This document shows, piece by piece, positions 1-9,116 of a DNA stretch of 64,000 bases. Origin of the DNA: Acidimicrobiales bacterium (GTDB lineage: Bacteria > Actinomycetota > Acidimicrobiia > Acidimicrobiales > CAIXPF01). The position numbers and the translations under genes were made by a program. Location of the stretch: NCBI GenBank assembly GCA_046155365.1, contig JBJXFH010000102.1, positions 17,651 through 81,650 on the forward strand, in the 5' to 3' direction. The notes under the pieces were generated by a model. It had not been told where the DNA came from. It ran no database searches and worked only from the letters and a program-made list of their open reading frames with translations. Positions within the stretch are counted from its first letter, which is position 1. The number at the start of each line of letters is the position of its first letter.

Positions 1-415
1 TGAGGGCCTCGAACGCTGCGGGGGCGTCGGTGATCACCAGCACGGTCTGGCCGCTGGCCAACGTGGCGCCGATGCGCTGGATGGCCCGCTGATGGAGACA
101 GGTCCCCGTGGGCACCAGCCGAAGTCGGGGTTGGCTTGAAGCGCCGGGCGGACCGCTCCCGCCGAGCACGGTGGCGGCGTTTCGGACTGCCGGATCGCCT
201 TGTTCGAGCCGGGCGATGGCCGCGGCGAACGTGGCCAGGATTGCGGCATCGGACCCGCTGGCGGACGGGCTGTGGCGGTCCGTGTCGGGAGGCGCGATCC
301 GGGCACGAGCGGACCATTCCGCCCGCAGCGCAGCCCGCGGCGCGGCCAACGGGTCCGGTCCGGTCGGGCGCTGGGGCGCAATGGCAGGGGAAGGACCCCC
401 CGGCGCCTGGATCAT
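1..415 (-). CDS. hypothetical protein (partial; 3' end lies beyond the left window edge)
   Basis: Not in the ORF track because it runs off the edge. Hand translation of the minus strand is open from ATG (complement of 413-415) to position 2: MIQAPGGPSPAIAPQRP...LVPTGTCLHQRAIQRIGATLASGQTVLVITDAPAAFEAL. Third codon positions are almost all G/C in the last ~30 codons. No family recognised; start uncertain. Confidence 0.4.
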   Translation of the reverse strand, partial: MIQAPGGPSPAIAPQRPTGPDPLAAPRAALRAEWSARARIAPPDTDRHSPSASGSDAAILATFAAAIARLEQGDPAVRNAATVLGGSGPPGASSQPRLRLVPTGTCLHQRAIQRIGATLASGQTVLVITDAPAAFEAL

Positions 416-472
416 GCAAGCCACGGTAGCGGCGCCCATCCCCCCTGCCGGGCGCCGCTAGGGTCCGCTGGC

Positions 473-1912
473 ATGGGTTCGGAGCTTGTGGAGCAGCTCG
501 ATCGGTGTTGGCGGTCCGACATCGTGCCGACGCTGAGTGAGTACGTGGCGGTTCCGGCGTTGTCGCCGGCGTTCGACGCGCAGTGGGCGGACCACGGTGC
601 CATCGAAGCGGCGTTGCAGCTGCTGCAGGCCTGGGCGGCGGCGAGATCGGTGGCGGGCATGACCGTGGAGATCATCCGGCTGGAAGGGCTTACCCCGGTG
701 CTGTTGGTGGAGGTTCCGGCGTTTGACCTCCCGCAGGGCGCGGCGCAGGAAACCGTGCTGCTGTACGGCCACTACGACAAGCAACCGCCCATGAGCGGGT
801 GGCTGGAGGGGCTCGGACCGTGGTCGCCGGTGATCCGTGACGATCGTCTGTACGGTCGGGGCGCCGCCGATGACGGGTATGCCCTGTTCGCCTGTCTGGC
901 GGCGTTGGAGGCCGTGCAGGACCGTGGCGGGTCCCACCAGCGCTGCGTGATCCTCATCGAGGGCAGCGAGGAGTCCGGTAGCCCGCATCTGCCGGCGTAT
1001 TTCACGGCGTTACGGACCCGCATCGGGGAACCGTCGCTGGTCATCTGCTTGGACTCCGGTTGTGCGGATTACCAACGGCTGTGGGTCACCACCTCCTTGC
1101 GGGGCATGGCCGCGGGGGTGTTGTCGGTGGAGGTGACCGACGAGGGCCGACACTCGGGCGCCGTGGGTGGCGTGATTCCTTCGACGTTCCGGATCATCCG
1201 ACAGCTGCTGGGACGCATCGAGGACGCGGACACCGGCGCGGTGCTGATCCCCGAGGCCAACGTGGCGATCCCCCCGGAGCGGGTGACCCAAGCGGCTGAG
1301 CTGGTGGCCGCGGTCGGTGACGGCATCGATGCCTATCCGCTGCTGGACGGGGTGAACGTGCGGATCAAGGCCCCGGCGGAGTTGGAACTGGATCGGACCT
1401 GGCGGCCGGCGCTGCATGTCATCGGCGCCGACGGGTTGCCGGCCACGGCGGACGCCGGCAACGTGCTGCGTCCGCGCACCGCACTGAAGTTGTCCATGCG
1501 GCTGCCGCCCACCGCGGACCCCGAGGCGGTCAGCGCCGCGCTGGGCCGGGTGCTCACCGCCGATCCGCCCTACGGGGCCCGGGTGCGCTTCGAAGCGGAC
1601 ACCCCGGCGCCGGGTTGGAACGCCCCACCGCTGGCGGATTGGACCCTGGATCTGTTGGCCCGCAGCTCGCAGGAGCATTTCGGTCTGCCGGCGGGGTTCG
1701 TGGGCGAGGGCGGCACCATCCCGCTGATGGGCACCTTGCAAGCGGCCTTCCCGAGCGCCCAGCTGCTGGTCATGGGAGTGCTGGGTCCCGGTTCCAACGC
1801 CCATGGGCCCAACGAGTTCCTGCATCTGGGCATGGGCGTGGGGTTGACGGCGTGCGTTGCTGACCTGTTGGTGGGCCACGCCCATAACCCCGGGGGAGGG
1901 TCTCATGACTGA
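473..1912 (+). CDS. M20/M25/M40 family metallopeptidase (dipeptidase-like)
   Basis: ORF 200-1912. The first 91 codons are Arg/Gly-rich and overlap the divergent gene, so the first credible start is ATG 473 (MGSELVEQLDR). Motifs LLYGHYDKQP, GRGAADDGYAL, IEGSEESGS, GSNAHGPNEF. Confidence 0.85.
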   Translation: MGSELVEQLDRCWRSDIVPTLSEYVAVPALSPAFDAQWADHGAIEAALQLLQAWAAARSVAGMTVEIIRLEGLTPVLLVEVPAFDLPQGAAQETVLLYGHYDKQPPMSGWLEGLGPWSPVIRDDRLYGRGAADDGYALFACLAALEAVQDRGGSHQRCVILIEGSEESGSPHLPAYFTALRTRIGEPSLVICLDSGCADYQRLWVTTSLRGMAAGVLSVEVTDEGRHSGAVGGVIPSTFRIIRQLLGRIEDADTGAVLIPEANVAIPPERVTQAAELVAAVGDGIDAYPLLDGVNVRIKAPAELELDRTWRPALHVIGADGLPATADAGNVLRPRTALKLSMRLPPTADPEAVSAALGRVLTADPPYGARVRFEADTPAPGWNAPPLADWTLDLLARSSQEHFGLPAGFVGEGGTIPLMGTLQAAFPSAQLLVMGVLGPGSNAHGPNEFLHLGMGVGLTACVADLLVGHAHNPGGGSHD

Positions 1913-2369
1913 CACCAGTGGACTGCGCTTTGCGGCCGACGGCACCTTTGAGGTGGCCCGCTCCAAGCTCAATTCGTGCTTCGGCTGCGGTCAGGACAAC
2001 CCGTCGGGGCTGCGTCTGCGGTTCCGGCTGCTGGAGGGGGGCGCAGTGGGCACGGTGGTGGAGGTACCGGCGGCGTTCTGCGGGGTGGACGGGGTGGTGC
2101 ACGGTGGCATCCAGGCCACCATCCTGGACGAGGTGTCCGGGGTGGCGGCGCAGCTGGCCCTCCCGGCGGGAGCTGACCGCCTGCCCTGCGTCACCGCCGA
2201 TCTGGCGTTGCGGTTCCGATTGCCGGTGACCCAGCAGGGGCCGGTGCGGGCGGAAGCCACCGTTGAACGGGTGGAGGGCCGCAACATCTTCGTGGCCGCC
2301 AAGATCGTGGACCCCGACGGTTCGGCGTTGACCACCGCCACGTCACGTTGGGTGCAGCTGCAGGCGTAG
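1905..2369 (+). CDS. PaaI-type hotdog-fold acyl-CoA thioesterase
   Basis: ORF 1857-2369. ATG 1905 (MTDTSGLRF) is preceded by GGGGGAGGG and overlaps the upstream stop by 8 nt. Motifs CFGCGQDNPSGLRL and VHGGIQATILDEV. Confidence 0.75.
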   Translation: MTDTSGLRFAADGTFEVARSKLNSCFGCGQDNPSGLRLRFRLLEGGAVGTVVEVPAAFCGVDGVVHGGIQATILDEVSGVAAQLALPAGADRLPCVTADLALRFRLPVTQQGPVRAEATVERVEGRNIFVAAKIVDPDGSALTTATSRWVQLQA

Positions 2370-2378
2370 TACCGCCGG

Positions 2379-2888
2379 TCAGGGCCAGGGTCGGAAGCTG
2401 ACCAGGGCCGCGGCGGCCACGAACAGCACCAGGATCAGCAGCAGCCCGATCTGCATCCGTTGGGCCGCGCTGGCGGCGTGGGCCCGCTTGGTGCCGTGTT
2501 CGGGGGCTCCACCGCCGGCAAGCTCCCCCAGCGCCACCAGTTGGGCCCCCCTGGCCGGTTGCACCAGCGCCCAACGCAGCACCACGGACGCCAGCCACGC
2601 GCCTTCTGCGGCCCAGAACCACACGCTGGACCAGGACAGGGTCCCGTCGGAGGCGGCCACCGCCAGCGCGCCGGCCGGGCCGACCACCACCATGGCCTGT
2701 TCGGCCCGGCGGGCGCCCAGGCGGTACCCGGCCCGGGCCACCGCCGCGGCATCCGCGGCGTCCAACCGGCGAACCAGCGGGCCCAGCAACACCGCGAAGA
2801 ACACCGCGCCGTACCCGATCACCGTGGCCAGCAGGCACACCAGCATGGCGGCGCGGAAAAGCAGGGACATGACTTCAGCGTTCAGCAT
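2379..2888 (-). CDS. hypothetical membrane protein
   Basis: ORF 2379-2888 with several hydrophobic stretches (LLFRAAMLVCLLATVIGYGAVFFAVLLGPLV; IGLLLILVLFVAAAALV). No family recognised; alternative start at Met7 (2870). Confidence 0.5.
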   Translation of the reverse strand: MLNAEVMSLLFRAAMLVCLLATVIGYGAVFFAVLLGPLVRRLDAADAAAVARAGYRLGARRAEQAMVVVGPAGALAVAASDGTLSWSSVWFWAAEGAWLASVVLRWALVQPARGAQLVALGELAGGGAPEHGTKRAHAASAAQRMQIGLLLILVLFVAAAALVSFRPWP

Positions 2889-2936
2889 GGTCGGCGTCGC
2901 ATGATCCGCCGTGGGGGACGAGCAGCCAAACCGGCC

Positions 2937-3914
2937 TCAGCCCGCCTTGATGACCACGGAACCGGCCACCTTGTCGTGCAGGGTCTGGTTGTTGGAGTCC
3001 CACAACGGCCACAGCGAGTCCACCAGCACGAACACCGCACCGAAGCACGACAGGAAGCTGGCGAAGAACTGGATCAGGTGGCGAAGCAGACCCTTGGCGG
3101 CACCAATTGGCTGGCCGGTCTGGCGATGCACCACCCGGATGCCCACCATCATCTTGCCCAGGGTTTGCCCCCGGCCGTTGAGTAACGCCAGATAGGCGAA
3201 GCCGATGAGCGCGGCCAAGAGTTGCGCCAACAGGAAGTTTCCACCGAGGGCCAACTGGAACTGGTTGTCCTGGGCGTTGATGTCCTGCAGGTCGTCTCGG
3301 GCGAACGCCATGATCAACACCACGTAGACCGTGACGATGAGGACGGTGTCCACGACCTTCGCCAGAAACCGCTTGCCCCAGCTGGCCAGCAGGTCCGGAT
3401 GGATGGCGCCGGGTCCGATGCCGTATGCGCCGGCGGGGCCGGTTGGGGACCAGGTGGTGTACTGGCCTGCTGGTGCGGCGTAGGGGTTGGCGGCGGGCTG
3501 ACCCCAGGGGCCCTGATCGGGCTGTTGCTGAGTCCACGGCTGGGTGCCCCCGCCCCAGCCACCGCTCGGCCCGGGAACACTCGGCCCGGGAACACTCGGC
3601 CCGGGCAGTCCCGGTGCGGGTGCGCCCCAACCGGAGGGGCCCTGGTCGCCCGCAGGGGGGGGTCCGCCCCAAACGGTCGCTCCGGCCCCGGTGAGAGGGG
3701 GCGGCACGCTCGCCGCGTCTTGGAAGCCGCCGGTGGCATTGGGAACCAGGCGGAGCCCGGCGGCCACCTCGGCGAGGGTCTGCCACACCGATTCGCCGTC
3801 TCGCACCACGTAGCTGGCGGCGTTGAGTTCGCTTCGCTGGGCCATGGCCCGCAGCTCATCCTCGCTCACCGGCCCCCGGGTCTGTGACCCGACGGCGTAA
3901 TACCAGCTGGCCAT
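2937..3914 (-). CDS. GYF_2-like domain / Pro-rich linker / RDD family membrane protein
   Basis: ORF 2937-4274, trimmed to ATG at complement of 3912-3914 (MASWYYAVGSQTRGPVSEDEL...). The N-terminal WYY...GPVS...VW pattern resembles GYF_2 (DUF4339). It is followed by a ~110-aa P/G-rich linker. The C-terminal part has RDD-type helices (WGKRFLAKVVDTVL...GQTLGKMMVGIRVV...LHDKVAGSVVI). Confidence 0.8.
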   Translation of the reverse strand: MASWYYAVGSQTRGPVSEDELRAMAQRSELNAASYVVRDGESVWQTLAEVAAGLRLVPNATGGFQDAASVPPPLTGAGATVWGGPPPAGDQGPSGWGAPAPGLPGPSVPGPSVPGPSGGWGGGTQPWTQQQPDQGPWGQPAANPYAAPAGQYTTWSPTGPAGAYGIGPGAIHPDLLASWGKRFLAKVVDTVLIVTVYVVLIMAFARDDLQDINAQDNQFQLALGGNFLLAQLLAALIGFAYLALLNGRGQTLGKMMVGIRVVHRQTGQPIGAAKGLLRHLIQFFASFLSCFGAVFVLVDSLWPLWDSNNQTLHDKVAGSVVIKAG

Positions 3915-4037
3915 ACGGCTTCCCTTCGAAGGTGGGTGTGTGTGAGGGTGACGCCACTGTAGGCGTTGCGCCGTGGCGGCAGCGTTGTGGTCCGCTGGGG
4001 TGGACCGGCACCGGACCGATAACAATGGACCCCTCCC

Positions 4038-5831
4038 ATGGCGCGCTCGGTAACCCTTCGTCCCTGGCAGAAACGGGCCCTCGACGCCTTTTTGGCCTCT
4101 GAACGGCCGGACTTCCTGGCCGTGGCCACCCCCGGCGCCGGAAAAACCACCTTTGCCCTGACGGCGATGCGTATGGAATTGGCCCGCAACGGCTGGCGAC
4201 GGGTGTTCGTGGTGGCCCCCACCCAGCACCTGAAGGTCCAGTGGGCCAACGCCGCGGCCAACTTCGATCTGCATCTGGAGCGGGATTGGTCCGCCTCACA
4301 GGGAACGCTGCCGGCGGACCTTGACGGCGCGGTGTTCACCTACCAGCAGGTGGCCAGCTCGGCGGAGGCCATCAGCGAGCTGACCCGGGACGGGCTGGTG
4401 ATCATGGACGAGTTGCACCACGCCGCCGAGGAACGGGCCTGGGGCGACGGGCTGCAGGCGGCGTTCGGGTTGGCTGCCCGCCGGCTGGGTCTGTCCGGTA
4501 CCCCGTTCCGTTCGGACACCTCGGCCATTCCTTTCGTGCGCTACCGCCTGGAGGAGGCCGAGTCCGACTTCGATTACGGCTACCAGGACGCACTGACCGA
4601 CGGTGGGGTGGTTCGGCCGGTGTTCTTCCCACGGGTCAACGGCCAGATGGAGTGGTCCGCGCCCGATGGGACCCTGTACGACGCCACCTTCGATGATCCC
4701 ATGACCCGGGCCCTGGCCAATCAGCGGTTGCGTACCGCGCTGTCCTTGGAGGGGGAGTGGCTGCCGGCGGTGCTGGGGGAGGCCAACCGGGTGTTGATGG
4801 GCATCCGGGCCCGGTCCCAGCCCGAGGCCGGCGGCTTGGTGATCGCCATGGACATGGCCCACGCCCGGGGGATCGCCCGGATGCTGCGGGACCGGATGGG
4901 GGCGGCGGCGGTGGTCGCCACCTCCGATGACGCGGACGCTTCGGATCGCATCGCCCGTTTCGCGACCTCGGCAACTCCTTGGATCGTGGCGGTCCGGATG
5001 GTGTCCGAAGGCGTCGACATCCCGCGGTTACGGGTGGGCGTTTTCGCCACCAACACCACCACCGAGCTGTTCTTCCGTCAGGCGGTGGGGCGGCTGGTGC
5101 GGTGGCAGGTCATTCGAGGCGGCCAACAGAAAGCGTTCCTGTTCATCCCCGATGACATCCGGCTGAGGACCTACGCCCAACAGGTGGCCGAGCACCGCCG
5201 CCACAGCCTGCGTAAGCCCATCGAGGACGGTGAAGCACAGCTCGAACCGGCCGAGGAGGATGCCGCGGCCTTCGACACGCTGGCCGAACCGGAGCAGTTG
5301 TCCCTGTTCGCGGCGCTGTCCGCCGTGCCTCATGAGATCGAACGCACCTCGATCTTCGATGATGAAACCGATGATCCCTCCGTCGGGGGCGCCCCCGGAG
5401 GATCCGCTGCGGCCAACCACGGTGGGCCCGGAATCCCTGGCCGGTGGTTGCCGGACCACGCAGGAGCGGCGGTTGCTGATCCGTCGTTGGTCCTGGCCCT
5501 GGCGCCGCTGCAACGACCCACCGCGGAGCCGGGCCGCGCCGCTGCACCGGGCCGGACCGGGTTGGCGTCACTTGCCGCTGACGACGGGTTGCTGGCGGAG
5601 CTGCAAGGTTTGAGCCCCACCAAAGCGCGGGCCCGGCTGCGGGATCTCAACGCCGCGGTGGTGGCCCAACTGGCGCTGGTGGGTGGTCAAACCCACGCCC
5701 AGGTCAATGCCGAGCTCAACCGCAAAGTGGGCATTCGCCGGGTCACCGAAGCCACCGTGGCCCAACTGCAGCAGCGGGTCGTGGCCGGTAGAACCATGCT
5801 CGACGAGGCCCGCCGGACGCTTGGCCGTTGA
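4038..5831 (+). CDS. superfamily-2 DEAD/DEAH-box helicase family protein (ResIII-like N-terminus)
   Basis: ORF 4038-5831. Motifs RPWQKRAL, Walker A TPGAGKTTFA, DEAH-type IMDELHHA, SGTPFR. The helicase C-terminal lobe has VRMVSEGVDIPRL and FRQAVGRLVR. Confidence 0.85.
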   Translation: MARSVTLRPWQKRALDAFLASERPDFLAVATPGAGKTTFALTAMRMELARNGWRRVFVVAPTQHLKVQWANAAANFDLHLERDWSASQGTLPADLDGAVFTYQQVASSAEAISELTRDGLVIMDELHHAAEERAWGDGLQAAFGLAARRLGLSGTPFRSDTSAIPFVRYRLEEAESDFDYGYQDALTDGGVVRPVFFPRVNGQMEWSAPDGTLYDATFDDPMTRALANQRLRTALSLEGEWLPAVLGEANRVLMGIRARSQPEAGGLVIAMDMAHARGIARMLRDRMGAAAVVATSDDADASDRIARFATSATPWIVAVRMVSEGVDIPRLRVGVFATNTTTELFFRQAVGRLVRWQVIRGGQQKAFLFIPDDIRLRTYAQQVAEHRRHSLRKPIEDGEAQLEPAEEDAAAFDTLAEPEQLSLFAALSAVPHEIERTSIFDDETDDPSVGGAPGGSAAANHGGPGIPGRWLPDHAGAAVADPSLVLALAPLQRPTAEPGRAAAPGRTGLASLAADDGLLAELQGLSPTKARARLRDLNAAVVAQLALVGGQTHAQVNAELNRKVGIRRVTEATVAQLQQRVVAGRTMLDEARRTLGR

Positions 5832-5896
5832 CGACGACGCCACGCCGGTGCGGGATTACCATCACGCCCGCGTCACTCCGCCCGTCATCACCGGGT

Positions 5897-5960
5897 AACC
5901 AGATCACGCTGCAACCAGGTCACGCTGCAACCAGGTCACGCTGCAACCAGATCATGCGGC
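5897..5960. repeat. four tandem 16-bp direct repeats AACCAG(A/G)TCACGCTGC (fourth copy degenerate), intergenic
   Basis: Read directly: 5897-5912 aaccagatcacgctgc, 5913-5928 aaccaggtcacgctgc, 5929-5944 aaccaggtcacgctgc, 5945-5960 aaccagatcatgcggc. The array ends 26 nt upstream of the S9 peptidase start (RBS GGGGGAG at 5974-5980). Confidence 0.9.
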
Positions 5961-5986
5961 GGAGTTCCAGTAGGGGGAGCACAACC

Positions 5987-8242
5987 ATGTCGGGTCACAC
6001 ACCAGCGGCCGCCGGTCCTCGGGCGACGGGCAAGACCAGCGTTGTCTCTGGCCGCCCCCCCCAGCGGGTCGACAGCGCCGAGGGTGACCCCCGCGCCCCG
6101 GCCGGGATCGACCCCCCGGCCCGACGGCGAGCTGGCGGCGCCGCGGTACGGACCAGTCGGGACCGTTTCCCGCGGGACTACGCCGTCACCCGCCGCTTCA
6201 GCCTGGGTGAGCCCCGGAACCTGGCGGTGGCCGGCAACGGTCGATGGGTCACGTTTCTGCGCTCGCGTTCCGGCACCGATCCGGTCACCTGTCTGTGGGC
6301 GCTGGATACCCGAACCGGCAAGGAACGGCTGGTGGCGGACCCCGCGACGCTGTTCGATGATCGCAAGGAGCTGGCAAAGCTCAACGACGCCGAACGTCGC
6401 CGGCGGGAACGGGCCCGCGAAAGCGCCGAGGGCATCACCTCCTATGCCCTGGATGAGGCCGGGGAGCAGGCCTGTTTCGCGGTGGCCGGGCATCTGTTCC
6501 TGGTTGATGTGGCCAAGGGCAAAGCCGCCCCGCTGCCGGCCATGGGCTCGGTGTTCGATCCGCGCCTGGACCCCGCCGGCACGCGGGTGGCGTATGTGTC
6601 CGAGCGGGCGTTACGGGTGGTCGGCCCGCTGGAAGAGGACCGGAAGCTGGCCGGGGAGGACAACCCCGAGGTCAGCTGGGGCGTGGCGGAGTTCATCGCC
6701 GCCGAGGAGATGGGCCGTTCCCGAGGGTTCTGGTGGTCACCAACCGGTCAGCACCTGGCGGTGTGCCGGGTTGACAACAGCCCGGTCGAGACCTGGTACC
6801 TGGCCGATCCCGCCCACCCCGAGCGCCAACCGAGCCCGCACCGTTACCCCCGCGCCGGTAGCAACAACGCCACCGTGGAGCTATTCGTGGTGGGCCTGGA
6901 CGGTTCCCGGGTGGCCATTCGCTGGGACCAGGAGGCGTTCCCGTATCTGGTGTCGGTGTCCTGGCAGCCCGATCGACCCCTCACCTTGGCCGTGCAGTCC
7001 CGGGATCAGCGCCGGGTGGAGGTGCTGGTGGCGGACGTGGTGGAAGGCACCACCCGGGCCGTGCACACCGACACCGACGAGATCTGGGTGGAGCTGGTGG
7101 CCGGTGCGCCGCGCTGGCTGGGCGAACACCTGGTGGTGGTGGTGGACCGCGATGACATCCGCCAGGTGGAAATCGGCGGGCGGCCCGTCACCGGAGCAGA
7201 CCTGGCGGTGCGGGCGGTGCTGGGGACCTTGGGTGAGGACCTGGTGGTGTCGGCGTCCCTCGAACCCACCGAGGTCCACCTGTTCCGGGTGTCCGCGGCC
7301 GGTGAGGTGGTGCGGCTCACCCAGCTCAGCGGCGTGCACAGCGGCGTGGCCGGCGGGGACATCCTGGCCGTCAGCCGCAAGTCCATGACCCACTTCGGCG
7401 CCGTCACGGAGATCCGCAAGGGCGCCAAGGTAGTGGCCGAGCTGACCTCGGTGGCTGAGCGTCCCAAGCTCAACCCTCGGGGCGCGTTCCACGTGGTGGG
7501 GACCCGCAGCCTGCGCACCGCCCTGTTGCTTCCCCGTCGCAAGCAGCTCACACCGCCCTACCCGGTGTTGTTGGACCCCTACGGTGGCCCTCACGCCCAG
7601 CGGGTGCTGCGGTCCCGAAACGAGCTGCTGGTCTCACAGTGGTTCGCCGATCAGGGTTTCGCGGTGCTCATCGTTGACGGTCGGGGCACCCCGGGCCGCT
7701 CACCGGCGTGGGAACGGGCGGTGTGGGGCGATCTGGCCGGTCCGGTGCTCGATGATCAGGTGGACGCCCTGCAAGCGTTGGGCGCGCTCGATGATCGGCT
7801 GGACCTGACCCGGGTTGGTATCCGGGGCTGGTCCTTCGGTGGGTACCTGGCGGCGTTGGCGGTGCTGCGCCGGCCTGACGTGTTCGGCGCCGCGGTGGCC
7901 GGCGCCCCCGTGACCGATTGGCGGCTCTACGACACCCACTACACCGAGCGGTATCTCGGCCATCCCGATGAGTATGGCGAGCACTACGAGCACACCAGCC
8001 TGATCAATGACGCCGCCCGGTTGCAGCGCCCGTTGCTGCTGATCCACGGTCTGGCCGACGACAACGTGGTAGTGGCCCACACCCTGCAACTGTCATCGGC
8101 GTTGCTGGCCGCAGGTCGTTCCCACAGCGTGCTGCCGTTGTCCGGAGTGACCCACATGACCCCCCAGGAAGCGGTGGCGGAGAACCTGCTGCGCTTGCAA
8201 GCGGAGTTCCTGCGCCGCTCCCTGGGGATGGAGGACCACTGA
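5987..8242 (+). CDS. S9 family serine peptidase (dipeptidyl-peptidase IV / prolyl oligopeptidase-like)
   Basis: ORF 5828-8242, trimmed to ATG 5987 behind the GGGGGAG RBS. It has a beta-propeller-like N-terminal half. The catalytic domain carries GWSFGGY (nucleophile Ser), GLADDNV and GVTHM. Confidence 0.85.
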   Translation: MSGHTPAAAGPRATGKTSVVSGRPPQRVDSAEGDPRAPAGIDPPARRRAGGAAVRTSRDRFPRDYAVTRRFSLGEPRNLAVAGNGRWVTFLRSRSGTDPVTCLWALDTRTGKERLVADPATLFDDRKELAKLNDAERRRRERARESAEGITSYALDEAGEQACFAVAGHLFLVDVAKGKAAPLPAMGSVFDPRLDPAGTRVAYVSERALRVVGPLEEDRKLAGEDNPEVSWGVAEFIAAEEMGRSRGFWWSPTGQHLAVCRVDNSPVETWYLADPAHPERQPSPHRYPRAGSNNATVELFVVGLDGSRVAIRWDQEAFPYLVSVSWQPDRPLTLAVQSRDQRRVEVLVADVVEGTTRAVHTDTDEIWVELVAGAPRWLGEHLVVVVDRDDIRQVEIGGRPVTGADLAVRAVLGTLGEDLVVSASLEPTEVHLFRVSAAGEVVRLTQLSGVHSGVAGGDILAVSRKSMTHFGAVTEIRKGAKVVAELTSVAERPKLNPRGAFHVVGTRSLRTALLLPRRKQLTPPYPVLLDPYGGPHAQRVLRSRNELLVSQWFADQGFAVLIVDGRGTPGRSPAWERAVWGDLAGPVLDDQVDALQALGALDDRLDLTRVGIRGWSFGGYLAALAVLRRPDVFGAAVAGAPVTDWRLYDTHYTERYLGHPDEYGEHYEHTSLINDAARLQRPLLLIHGLADDNVVVAHTLQLSSALLAAGRSHSVLPLSGVTHMTPQEAVAENLLRLQAEFLRRSLGMEDH

Positions 8243-8256
8243 GCCGGAGTTGCTGA

Positions 8257-9084
8257 TCAGCGGAACGTGGGCGTGCGCTTTTCCATGAAGGCGGCCACCG
8301 CTTCGTGGTGCTCGGGAGTGGCGTAGGCCTCGTGCAACGCCGCCATCTCCCGCCGTTGCACCTCGTCGAGGTCCACCCCGGCGCCGTTCACGGTCAGCAG
8401 TTGTTTGATCATGCGCAGCTGGGGATCGGGGTTGGCGGCGTACTCCGCGGCCAGGCCCAGGGCGGTGTCCAGTACCTGATCGGCGGGGCAGGCCCGATCC
8501 ACCAGCCCCATGGCGGCGGCTTCGGCCCCGCTGACCATCCGTCCCGACAGTGCCAGGTCACTGGCGGCACCCCAGCCGCAGCGCTGCACCAGAAAGTGGG
8601 AGCTGGCCAGCTCCGGGACCAGCCCCATCTTCACGAACCGGGCCGAGATCTTGGCATTGTCGGCGGCGATGAGCTGGTCCATGGGCAACGCCAGGGTCAG
8701 CCCCACCCCAATGGCGGCGCCGTTGAGGGCGGCCACCATCGGCTTGGAGGCACGCACCAGGTTCACCCAGTTGACCGCCGGCTCCTGCCCCCCGCCAGCG
8801 TTGCCACCCCGGTCGGTTCCGGCGTCGGCGTCGGCCTCCCGACCGGTCTGAATGCGGGCCTGGAACTGGCTGCCGATGTCCGCCCCGGCGCAGAACCCCC
8901 GCCCGGCCCCGGTGAACACCATGGCCCCCACGGACCGATCAGCGTTGGCCATCGTCACGGCATCGGTCAACTCGCCGTGCATCCGGCGGGTCCAGGCGTT
9001 GAGCTTGTCGGGCCGGTTCAGCGTGATGAGCGCCACGTCACCGCGCTGCTCGTAAAGAATCTCGTCGTAGGACACGGAAGCCAT
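8257..9084 (-). CDS. enoyl-CoA hydratase/isomerase (crotonase) family protein
   Basis: ORF 8257-9129, start taken at MASVSYDEILYEQRGDVALITLNRPDKLNA. Crotonase oxyanion motif GAGRGFCAGADIG. Confidence 0.85.
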   Translation of the reverse strand: MASVSYDEILYEQRGDVALITLNRPDKLNAWTRRMHGELTDAVTMANADRSVGAMVFTGAGRGFCAGADIGSQFQARIQTGREADADAGTDRGGNAGGGQEPAVNWVNLVRASKPMVAALNGAAIGVGLTLALPMDQLIAADNAKISARFVKMGLVPELASSHFLVQRCGWGAASDLALSGRMVSGAEAAAMGLVDRACPADQVLDTALGLAAEYAANPDPQLRMIKQLLTVNGAGVDLDEVQRREMAALHEAYATPEHHEAVAAFMEKRTPTFR

Positions 9085-9116
9085 AGCGGTGACGCTAACC
9101 CAACCCGAACCGGGCG

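Noticed and set aside
5897-5960. Tandem repeats considered as a CRISPR array (also 39296-39325 and 50611-50720)
   Set aside because: The units are contiguous or separated only by a few repeat-derived bases, with no unique spacers. The units are 14-18 bp and no cas genes are present.
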